From Peribolospora baueri (lineage: Eukaryota), in NCBI GenBank assembly GCA_029717555.1, contig JAMDHS010000105.1:1-64000 (forward strand): a DNA stretch of 64,000 bases, in the 5' to 3' direction. Shown piece after piece: positions 48,541 through 59,280 of the stretch. Each line of letters begins with the position of its first letter. Within the stretch, counting starts at the first letter, position 1. The position numbers and the translations under genes are program-made. The notes under the pieces were generated by a model. That model was not told where the DNA came from, made no database searches, and saw only the letters and a list, made by a program, of their open reading frames with translations.

Positions 48541-51500
48541 ATGGGTGAGTATCGCTCTAGGCAGCGAACGCGCAGTTGGCTGGCGAGCTGACCGCCGTTC
48601 TTCACGGGTTGTAGATCCACCGTTGCAGCGAGCACTCCATGACAAGATCTACGAGAAGAGGAAGGTGCGTGAAAGGACCGGTTGCCTCTCGACAGTCTCC
48701 TTACTAATCCCTCTGCCTTCTCCTTGTCCCTCCAGGCGGCTGCGCTCGAGCTCGAGAAGTGCGTCCCCTGAGCCCTTTGGCCGGCCGAACCAATGGACAT
48801 CATCACTAACCTTTTGTCGCTCCATCGGCCTGCTCCCTCTCCTTCCAGGGTGGCCCGAGAGTGCCTGGCGAACGGAAACCGCGAACGTATTTCCCAAATC
48901 GTCTACCAGCTCTGCGGCTTCCTTTCTAGCTCTCCCCCCCAAAACGTCAACGCTCGAAGCGGAGGCCTCATCGGCCTGGCCGGCATCGGCATCGCTCTCG
49001 GCGTCGAGATCGCTCCCTATCTCGAGACTATCGTGCCCCCAGTGCTGGCTTGCTTTACCGATCCCGACAGCAAGATACGGTATTTCGCCTGCGAGAGCTT
49101 TTACAACATCGCCAAGGTCTGCAAGGGAGAAATATTGATTTATTTTAATGAGATATTTGATGCCCTGAGCAAGGTGAGCCCTTCAGACCAATCCATTCTG
49201 AACGACACAGTCGACCTATCTAATCTTGTTCATCTTGTTACTATTTAGCTCGCGGCCGACTCGGAACTGTCTGTCAAAAACGGCGCCGAATTGCTGGATC
49301 GTCTGTTAAAAGACATCGTGTCCGAAGCAGCACCTTACTACGTCTCACAGTACCAGGATGTACCTCTCATCCGGGCCAAGCAAGAGCAGGACGCCGCCGC
49401 ATCACGAGAGGCGGCGGCTAAGGGACTGCCTGGATCCCTCTCGGCGGAAGGCCTCGGCATCGTCACCAATGGCTCCACGACATACCCAGAGCCGACCACC
49501 GCAGTTCGAAGCAACAAGCGCAACAAGACGTTCAGTCTGGAGCATTTCGTGCCCCTCCTTTCCGAACGGATGTACGTCATCTCGCCCTTCACGCGCAACT
49601 TCCTCGTCTCGTGGGTCACAGTGATCGGCTCCGTGCCCGACCTCGAACTCGTGAGCTACCTGCCGGCCTTTCTCGACGCCCTGCTCAAGTACCTCAGTGA
49701 CCCCAACACGGACGTGCGCATGGCCACTGCCAACGTGTTGGGTGACTTTTTGAGGGAGATCAGGGAGGCGGCCGAGGTGGAGGAGAAATTGAAGGCGGAG
49801 GCAAATGAGCGCAAGGCGCAGAGGGACGAGCAGAGGAAGGAAAAGAGGGAAAAGGAGAGAGAGCTGGCGAGATTGCGGGAGATCGCAGAGGCGAGGGCGG
49901 TGGGCGAGAGTCTTCAGGCGACACCGAGTGGTGCTGCGAGCGAGGACGATCGCCCGTCGAGCCCTGAAACGACGAAGACGAAGCTACAAGAGAGGGCTGA
50001 TAAAGAGGAAGAGGAGGAAGGAGAGGAAGAGGAAGAAGAAGAGGCTGGTCTGTGGGTTCCTGGACAGGGAGTGCACATCGACCATGCGGCCATCATGGAA
50101 ATCTTGATCCAGCACATCGCCTTTCCAGGTGAGGCTTCTCTTCATTTCGTATCGCGTCAGTAGGGTATCGCGTCAGTAGGGCTCTGCCGTCTCGCTCATG
50201 CAGTCTTGATTCTAATTCTTGGTTTGGAAGACGAGGAGATTCAATCGACAACGCTACAATGGATCGCCCAATTCCTGCTCTTCGTCAAAGACGTCGTCGT
50301 GCCCTTCACGCCTAGGCTCATCCCCGCCATCCTGCCCTCGCTCGCTCACCACATACCTCAGATTCAGAGCGCCGCAAACCAGACCAACGTGAATCTGTAC
50401 CGAGTGATCCAGAGCTTGCCTTCGCCGCCACAGCCACAGCCGGCTGCCGTTGTGGAGAAGGTGCCTCCGTCTCGGAGCGCAGCCGCCAGTCCTTCGCCGC
50501 GAGAAGGTGCGCTTGGTCTGGCAATATCGAGGGCGATGCGGGCGGAAAGGGAGAAACAGAAGGACGCGGAAGGACCAGAGAAGGCCTCCCCCATCACTGA
50601 TCAGGCCGACCTCCCGAACGTGGACAAGCCAGTGGCGCTCCATAAGCCCGTACCGCGGAGAGGCACCGAGTCTGCGGCGCAGACGCCCACTTCTCGTACC
50701 TTCTCTTTGCCTCCCGCTCCGAGCGGTTATGAGACGCCGCCAGAGAAATCGGAGGCCAGTCCGGTCGAAGATACGGCTCCAGAGGAGCAGGATCCTTTCG
50801 ATTATCAGGCGACCGTCAACGCGCTCACGCTTCAGTTTTTGGACGAACACGAGGAGACTAGGGTGGCCGCGTTGGAGTGGTTGATCATGCTTCATCAGAA
50901 GGCCCCGAGGAAGGTGAGTCGGTCACGGGTCGCTATGCTGGGAGAGAGTGAAGGTCGACTAACGAAGCCCACCTGATGTTCGCCGGTCCTTAGATCCTCG
51001 CAATGGACGACGGGACCTTCCCAGCGCTCCTCAAAACGCTCTCAGACCCTTCGGAAGAAGTGATAAAATGCGACCTGCAGCTGCTAGCGCAGATCTCCTC
51101 CTCCTCTGAAGATTCATACTTTCACTCTTTCCTCGCCAATCTGCTCTCTCTCTTCTCTACCGATCGACGCCTGCTAGAGACGAGGGGGAGTCTGATCATA
51201 CGACAACTCTGCCTCAGCCTCAACACCGAACGCATCTTCCGAACGTTCGCTGAAATCTTGGAGAAGGACGAGGATCTCGAGTTTGCGAGAATTATGGTGC
51301 AGAACCTGAACATCATCTTGATCACCAGTCCCGAGCTCGCCGAGTTCAGGAAGAGACTAAGGAATTTGGATTCGAAGGTGCGTTTATAGACGGGCTGGGA
51401 TTCATCTGCGCGTCGAGCCACATCGCACTCGTACCTACCCCGTCTCTGCTTCTGTTATTTTTTTAAAGGACGGGCAAGCGCTGTTCTCCGCGCTGTATCG

Positions 51501-52680
51501 TTCTTGGTGCCACAACGCCGTAGCGACATTCTCGCTCTGCCTCCTCGCTCAAGCGTATGAGCACGCTTCGAACCTTCTTCAGATCTTGTGAGTCTTGCTT
51601 GCCTTTCACTTTTTCTTTTCTCCTCACCTTGGGTCTCGTTGAGCGTGCTCTGAATTGGCCTCGCTTTCTGTTGATAGTGCGGACCTGGAGATTACCGTCA
51701 GCCTGCTCATTCAGATCGACAAGCTCGTGCAGCTGCTCGAGTCACCTATCTTCACCGGTGAGCCTTCATTAACTCCAGCTTAACCATAAGCGTCGCCGAT
51801 TCTAACAAGCTGCTCGCTTCCAACAACGCAGCTCTACGTCTACAGCTGCTCGAGCCGGAGAAGAACCCGTACTTGTTCAAATGCCTCTATGGTCTGCTTA
51901 TGCTGCTTCCGCAAAGCAGCGCGTTTGCGACGTTGCGCAACCGGCTGAACGCAGTCAGCTCGATGGGTTTCTTGCACATGGTCCCTCGGTCGTGAGTGCT
52001 TCCGCCGCATGTGGCTTAACTTAGGCGCGCTTTTTTCAAACCACGTTAGCGATCCTCGTTTTCCCAGAACGTACGCCTCCGCGACACGGTCCAAGATAGG
52101 CGGGCGAGAGGACATCAAATGGCAAGAGCTGCTCACACATTTCCGCTCGGTGCAAGGCCGCCACGAGCGAGCACGGCGACAGGCGCTGCACTCTCTCGGC
52201 GTCGTTTCCTCGGATCCCTTCAGTGGAGGCGTGGAGGTCATCCCTTCCTCGGCGGGGCCGGGCGCTGGCGTCGGAAGTAGCAGGGCGGCGAGTACCGGCG
52301 TCTCGCCGCCGAGTGGTGGTGTGACGCCCGGCCGACTCAACGCGTCCATGACGTCGGCGAGGAAGAAAGGTTCAGCTCTGACGACGGGCCGGACGGCGGA
52401 CGGGGCCACGATGCAGAGTGTGAACGTGTCCTCGTCGGCGACGTCGACAGGCGGCAGGACGGGACTGATTTCGCCCAGTCCGCTCAACCCGCGACCTATG
52501 AGAGCGGCTGGGCCCACAGGAGGCTTTTTCCATCCTAGCGCAGGCGCGATGGGCGGCGGCGCAGGCAGCACCGGCGGGTCGGTACCTTCGAGTCGACCAA
52601 TGAGCCCTACGGCGAGATCAGGCGTCGGTGCCAGCGGGAAGCGTGTCGCCAGCGCCAGGCAGACACCGACTGGACGCTAA
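48541..52680 (+). CDS. VAC14: Vac14, HEAT-repeat scaffold of the Fab1/Fig4 PI(3,5)P2 complex
   Basis: '[26 protein letters not shown]', '[10 protein letters not shown]', '[14 protein letters not shown]', '[17 protein letters not shown]', '[13 protein letters not shown]', '[11 protein letters not shown]', '[14 protein letters not shown]', '[15 protein letters not shown]'. Confidence 0.96.
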
Positions 52681-53398
52681 TTTGAACGTGGGCGGGTCAG
52701 GTACTTTCAGCAGTTGGGTAGCTGGGTTTTGTGTAGTTCTCCGGGTGTTCCACGTCAATTTTTTATGTTGCCGTGCTTTGTCAATTGGCGCCGGACACTT
52801 CGTCTGGCAGTATTGAGTATAATATACCGCATTGTGAACATGGAGGCGTGAAGGTAAACGAAACAGAATACGGCGATATGCTGCAGGGTCGTGAAGATGT
52901 TCGTCAGCCTGCGCATTCTCTCTCATCCAACGTTATGTTCCACGTTCCGCCGGGATGCAGCTCATTTCTGGCCTTGTAAAACCGCATGGCATGCATCTCC
53001 CCGTTCCACAAGCGTTCGAAAAGACCTGCGCGCATGGGAAGAACCTGCCGAAAGGCGGTTTTTCGGAGAGCGAGGGCAAACGTCGGAATGTGGAATGAAA
53101 GGGAGATACCGCTCGGGCGCTGTCGAAGGACGACGCATTCCTCGATTCATCTAATCAAAGCCGCCCGGAGAGTTCCAAATTTGTTATGCTCAGCACTCAC
53201 AACGTCGGTATGCTGACTTCTCGGAGAAGAAAGGGGGACTCGACCTGCGGAAAAGGAAAAGGTCGATCAAGGACGACGAACTGGCTCGCGAAGCATTATC
53301 ACGAGAACACAAGCTGAGGGGTGCGTTTGGTTGCAGCAATGTCAAGGATACAGATCGTACACGGTGGGACGTCCAGGGCGGGGGAAAGCGACAGACGA

Positions 53399-53762
53399 TC
53401 AAGCAAGCGGGCTGATGAGCTTGATCAGGCTTGGTCGGGGGTTGCTCTGAGTGAAGCCAACGTCTGAAGGCCGAGCCGCCCAACGTGAAAAACCGGCGCC
53501 GAGCTGGGATGAATGCGAGGTGCCGACGAAAATGCGTGGCCGTCGACGAGCAAGCACTCACAGAGGATGAAGGGAATCCAGCCCCAGTGGACGACCGTCT
53601 TGGTGACGTCAACCGCCTTGACGATGCGCTCCTGTCAACGGCGAACGAGACGACGTGCACCGGCGATGAGCTGACTGGTTCGTGCTTCCACCTCCTTTCG
53701 ATACCCTTTACTACGCTCCCAACGTTCGTACTTGCCTTAGTGTCCTCGGAAAAGGTGAACAT
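53399..53762 (-). CDS. TOM7: Mitochondrial outer-membrane translocase subunit Tom7 (53 aa); not present as such in the ORF track
   Basis: Exons 53762-53736, 53631-53562 and 53463-53399 give MFTFSEDTKERIVKAVDVTKTVVHWGWIPFILYVGFTQSNPRPSLIKLISPLA*. Intron 1 is GC-AG (GCAAGT...GACAG). Confidence 0.93.
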
Positions 53763-53955
53763 GGCTGGGGTTCTCGTCGTGAGCGTTCAGAGGCGGTGGA
53801 TGAGCGTAGGGACGGCGATCGGAGGAGGGAAAAAAGGACGCATCGGCGCCTACGTCCGCTCATATCCGCGAGAAGCCCTTTCTTCTCGAGGACGTCAGTC
53901 ACGCCTCGTCGTCGCCTCAACGTTCTCCTTCCCGACTTCACCGTATCCGCCCAGC

Positions 53956-55349
53956 ATGGCTCTCATCGCAGATCCCTCCTCCTCTGCTTTCCACCTCAAG
54001 TTCCCCCCTTCCGCGGGCGGCGGCCTTCTGCACTCTCGCTCGCTCTCTCAGGTGCGCGTCCACCCTGTCGCGCTCTTCACTATCCTCGACCACTACCTCC
54101 GACGCAATGACGAGCAGCCACGGGTCATCGGCACCCTCCTCGGCGTGCGGACAGAGAACGAAATCGAGGTGCGCAACGCATTCAGCGTACCTCACAACGA
54201 GACCCAGGATCAGGTGCAAGTGGACATGGAGTACCACCGCGCAATGGTCGATTTGCATCAGAAGGTTAACCCGAACGAGGTCATCGTTGGCTGGTGAGTG
54301 AGCAGTCATTTGGGAGGACGGTGCTCCCATGTGACAAACACGGACTACTGCATATGCATATTTGCATGACATCCTCACACGGCTTGTACACCACTCGGCC
54401 CCTGCACCGCCTTCCCCTCCTTCCGCTCACAGGTATGCCACTGGTCTTGAACTGAACACCTACTCCGCCCTCATCCAAGATTTCTACTCGCGCGAGACAG
54501 CACCGCACCAGGCCGTCCACCTGACCATGGACACCAACGTCAAGGACAAGAACCTCGGCGTCAAGTCTTACGTTAGGTGAGCATGCGAGCGACGAGCGTC
54601 CGCGGCGGTTTAATCCTTGCCCGAGCTCTGCGCTTGTTGGTTGAAAGAAACGATGCTGATTTGTGATGCGTCTCACATTGGCTCTCCAATAGCTCCCCCA
54701 TCGGTGTAGCGCCTAAGCCGGAAAACTGCGTTTTCCTGCCCGTCCGTTGCGAACTCCTCTACCACAGTGCGGAGCGAAGCGGACGTGAGTATTCGTTGCT
54801 CTTTTCGACTGTGCTTCATGAAGAGCTCAGTCACTGATGAACCAACGGCTTTCTGTCTTCGTTGCTTTCGTGTCGCTGCTCTCGTCGGAATTAACTGCTC
54901 GCAGTCGAGCTCCTTTCCCGCACTGCCACTGCCAACGCCTCCACCGCCTCCCCCGCCACCGATATGGATTCTCTGGCGACCTCGCTCGAGACTGTGCTGG
55001 GAATGCTTGAGCGCGTGCTCTCCTACGTCCGAGCGGTTATCGCGGGCGAGAAAGAGGGGGACCCTGTCGTTGGGAAATATATCCTGGACACGATCAGCGT
55101 CGTACCCATCGGCGAGGACGGGAAGGGCTTGGAAGCGGTTTTCAACAGTCATTTGCAGGTGAGGGATGCGTTTCAATTGTGGCGACGTTCCTCCAAGTCT
55201 GAGCTGCTCTCACGCTTGATCGTGCTGATGCCTTTTGGCGGGCCTTTGGCTACGCACTTGCTTTTCAGGACGTCCTCATGGTCTCCTACCTCGCCAACGT
55301 CATTCGCTCACAAGTCGAGATTTCGTCTCGACTCACTCTCCTCACTTGA
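53956..55349 (+). CDS. EIF3F: Eukaryotic translation initiation factor 3 subunit F (MPN/Mov34 domain)
   Basis: 'VRVHPVALFTILDHYLRR...RVIGTLLG...NAFSVPHNE', 'VNPNEVIVGW|YATG', 'LNTYSALIQDFYS', 'FNSHLQ|DVLMVSYLANVIRSQVEIS'. Confidence 0.93.
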
Positions 55350-55835
55350 TGTCGAGGCGCCGCGCTTGCTCGCGTGACAGTACCAAAAGGGCACTTCTTT
55401 TGTCCGTGTCTCGTCCGCTCTATCTATCACGACTGAAGTCGTTCCAGACTTCATTCCCCCTCCGCCGCCACGGCTCGCGCGCACGTTGGTCACCCCACCC
55501 CCTTCGTTTGTGTATCATGGCACCACGCACTCGCACTCTGGTTGTCTGGAGGAAGACATTCATGGCATAACCGTTATCGCTTGCATTCGCGCTCGTAAAC
55601 TTGGGTTTAAGCAGTCGTATGAGTCGTATGAACTGGCCCTGAGACAGTCCCGGTTGGGTCTTCGTTCGATCTCGGGAGCTGAATGGACGATTGGTGTTTG
55701 CTCAGCAAGAAGGACTCCTTACTCAGCCCGATCGCCGATCCGAACTCCGCATCCTCGCAGGCACATCTCATTTATTAGGATGCGCACAGGACCCTCTCCC
55801 ATTCCGTCGACAAATTCATCGAGAAGCTGTTTACC

Positions 55836-57548
55836 ATGTCTTTCCCAGACAAGTGCAAAGCCATCGTGCTCGAGTCGCGCGACGAGTCGCTCGACGGTCT
55901 CAAGCTCAAAGAGGTGCCATTGCCCAAGGAGCTCGAGCCGGATCAGATCGTCGTGCGCATCCACGCCGTTAGCCTCAATGCTAGAGATCTTCGTGAGTTT
56001 TTTTGCTCTCCCCTTGTGCCATTGCATGCCAGCTCGACGGCTAACCTCGGTGGTTGCAGAGGTGGCCACAAACACGTACCCAGCCCCTCCGGGTGCGATC
56101 CGCCCGGCGAGTCAAGAGATCATCCCGTGCTCAGATGGGGCCGGTGAAGTGGTAGCAACGGGGGCTAGAGTCCAAAGGGTCAAGAAAGGCGACCGTGTCG
56201 CAACACAACTCGCCCAGGGTTGGCTTGAGGGAGAAGGCACAACTTGGCTCATGCAGAGCACCGGACTCGGCGCTGCGGGTGACGGTACGCTGACCGAATA
56301 TATCGTCCTCAGCCAGGTGGGCATCTGCTTGGTCGGATGATCATCGATTCACATGTCGCCAAGGTAGCTGAGTACGCCCTTGGACCATGCTGCCCATCGA
56401 ACAGGAAGGAGTTGTGAAGATCCCGGACTTCCTCTCCTATGAGGATGCGGCAACTCTCCCCTGTGCCCCTCTAACCGCTTTCCACTGCCTGTTTGGCCCT
56501 GAGCGCTCGCTCAAGCAGGGTCAGAACGTCCTCATCGAAGGTGCTTATCAGATTTTTATCGATATTGTTATCGCTCGTGTTCTGCTCGCCTCCGTCTCGT
56601 CAGTCTCTCAACCTAACCCGCTCTCTTGATACACCAGGTACCGGTGGCGTCTCCATCGCGGCCCTTAAATTCTCGCTCTTTGCAGGCGCCCGACCCATCG
56701 TGATTTCGTCCAGCGATGACAAGTGAGTCTTACAGTCTCAATCGTCAGAGGTGATGACGGCGAGGCCGTCACTTTCTTACTCTCTCACACGTATTGTGTT
56801 TGTCCTTCGATCTCATGCGCCCCCCTGATGGTAGACTTAACCGTGTTCATCAGCTCGGAGTGACTGACACAATCAACTACAAGAAGGTACCAGAGTGGTC
56901 GGAGCCTGTGGTGAAGATCACTGATGGTGTTGGGATCCACCATGGTGTGCGTTCTACTCTGGTCTTTAGAGCCTCCCCTGCTCCAGACATGACGTCTCGA
57001 GCCGCTGCTCACGTCTTTGTCTATTTCTTGTCTGCTTGCTCTGCATGGTCGAAACTCTGCAGATTGAGATTGGTGGCCGCGACACCATGCCCAAGGCACT
57101 CAGTACCCTTACTGACCATGGAAACCTCTGGGTTGTGGGCTACCTTGATGACTACAAGAAAGAGCACCGGACGCCCGCTGAAAGCCCAGATCTGGCAAAA
57201 ATGTGCCTCTTGAGGCAGTGTCACGTAAAAGGAGTGCGTGGTTCAATGCGGTCGATGGCGGCCCTCTTCCTGTGTCTCCCTAGATGTAGGGCGAGACGTT
57301 CACAACGATCGGTGTGCATTTCCTACCCCCAACAGGTGTACACCGGCTCCCGCGCCCTCTTCGAATCCATGCTTGGGGCCTATTCCGAATCCGCTCGTCG
57401 TGCGAAAGCGGCGGGCAAGGACCCGACGAAGGAGCATGCGCTCAAGCCATCCATTGATCGCGTCTTCCCCTTAGACAAATCCAAGGAGGCATTCAAGCTC
57501 ATGGGGACCGGGCAGTTCTTTGGTAAGATTGTCATCAAGGTGCAGTGA
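55836..57548 (+). CDS. Medium-chain dehydrogenase/reductase (zinc-type ADH-like / quinone-reductase-like, MDR7-type)
   Basis: 'VRIHAVSLNARDL', 'IPCSDGAGEVVATG...KKGDRV', 'EDAATLPCAPLTAF', Rossmann 'EG|TGGVSIAAL', 'ISSSDDK', C-terminal 'PSIDRVFPL...GQFFGKIVIKV'. Confidence 0.9.
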
Positions 57549-57580
57549 ACGCGAGGTAAAGACGTCGTTTGTAGTTATAA

Positions 57581-58126
57581 CTACGTGTTACAGTGTAATC
57601 CCACGCAAAAACGCGCTGCTGCCTGGCGTTTTGCTTGTTCCGTGCTCCCCTCTGTCGGCTCGTCCTTGGCTGCACGGCCGGTCGGAGGGGGACCAAGTGA
57701 TGCGTTGAAAACTATGAGCCCGAGCACGAGGAAAATATGGCGGGAGGTTTTAATAATAAGCCTACGCTCACCCGTCACAGCTTCGACCACCTCAACCACC
57801 GTACTCTCCTTCAACCCTTGCGAACCGGCGCGTCCCCACATCGGCCGGTCATCCTCCGTCGCCACAGCTAAGCCTTTCCGCCCGCTGAGGCCTGCCTCCT
57901 TGACGTCGGTGTGGCCATTCACACTCCAATGCGTCCGTTTTCCGTCCAGACCGTCATAAGCTCCTCGCCCATCTCCCTCAAGTGCCCGATCCCTCAGAGT
58001 CCCGCAGAGACTGAAACTGCCATCGACGGTGAGCGCCTCTTTGGCGGCCACGCCTATGAGAGCGATGGACATTAGGAGGACGGCGGCAAGGAGGGGAAGG
58101 AGGATTGTGACGAGAAGGTCGGACAT
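57581..58126 (-). CDS. Small hypothetical protein with an N-terminal hydrophobic helix
   Basis: ORF begins 'MSDLLVTILLPLLAAVLLMSIALIGVAA'. Likely in-frame intron ~57670-57771 (GTGAGC...TGCAG). No family recognised. Confidence 0.45.
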   Translation of the reverse strand: MSDLLVTILLPLLAAVLLMSIALIGVAAKEALTVDGSFSLCGTLRDRALEGDGRGAYDGLDGKRTHWSVNGHTDVKEAGLSGRKGLAVATEDDRPMWGRAGSQGLKESTVVEVVEAVTGERRLIIKTSRHIFLVLGLIVFNASLGPPPTGRAAKDEPTEGSTEQAKRQAAARFCVGLHCNT

Positions 58127-59280
58127 GGTTGGATGGTGGGAGCGATGGACGAACCGAGAGCCTGCGGGCGAAGGGGGGAGCCGTTGACGGGGTCGACGGG
58201 TTGTCTCTGTTTGGAATCGTCGTTGTACGACTTGCTCGTTTCCGTGTTTTCGCTCGGTCTAGTCAGCTTGTCGTGGGGTCGTTAAGAAACAAGGCAAGGG
58301 AGACCGAGTGGTAGGGGTCGTGTGGCGGTGGTGGTAGCAGTCCAGAGCAAGGAACAAGGAACACAGTGCGAAGCCACTACCTGTCGACCGAGAAGGCGGC
58401 CATCGAGCAGCTATGGGATCCCCTTCAGAATTGAAATGTTGAGGAAATTCGTTATCGCTCGGACAATCGACGTGGCCCAAGCGGCCACCGGGACATGAGG
58501 TGCCTGGTGTCTACGGCGGCTTGGGCGATAAGGCGATGTCGCGTTGGTGAAACGCCTGAGGATTCATCTTAACGCTCGTCTCGCGTACCAAATCTCCCTC
58601 CTACTGCCTTCTTGGAGCAGAGCGCGGACGACGGAAACGTACTCGCACGCCGGTGGTGAGTAATTGGACGTCAGGCGGTACGTAATCGCGACGGCAGAGA
58701 TAAGATCGGGCAGCGATCGACGGCGCCGAATCTTCCCGAGTCTCATCCCTCGACGCCAGTTCATAGGTACGTGCGACTTAGAAATAGATTTTGCATTTCT
58801 CAACGACAATGATTCTCTTCAGGCAAGCATACCGTACCGCAAACATTTCGTATTTGTACACTTCTGAAGCCAGCAGCCACTCACTGCTTGTCGATCCGCT
58901 TGAGCGCGGGCGGATTGCCCGGACGGTCAGGAGGATGGACGGCGCAAATCAGTGAGAGAGCGAGAATCGCAGAGCATGATGCCATGACGCAAGAGGGGGC
59001 GACTCGGGTCAGGTACGAGAACGGAGTGGGCTCGATTGTGTAAATACCCCCTTCCCTTCCCCTCCACCGCCACTTCTCGTCTAACGACGGCTACCGCAGT
59101 CAGACTTTTCCCACGCTGCCATCCCTCCCTTTAGGTCGATACCGGCCTGTAAATACGGACTTTAAACAGAATAATCAATCAATCAATCATTCTGTCCAGT
59201 TCGGGTGCCGCTTCGCATTAATCGGTGTGACACTCCCATTGAAGGCTTCAGCTCGCAGTTTGGCAGCATCGCTGGTAGAC

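Noticed and set aside
50149..50180. Perfect 16-bp tandem duplication GTATCGCGTCAGTAGG in a VAC14 intron
   Set aside because: It is real but most simply a slippage duplication, with no element between the copies.
53040..53100. snR30/U17-like m1/m2 motifs (ACAUUCCGA, AAACCG) in the TOM7 downstream structure
   Set aside because: Both differ from the required UAUUCC and AAACCA cores that pair with 18S rRNA.
56751..56828. GTGATGA...CTGA pair resembling a box C/D snoRNA in an MDR-gene intron
   Set aside because: The CTGA lies only ~6 nt from the 3' splice site, leaving no room for a downstream branch point, and I recognised no rRNA guide sequence.
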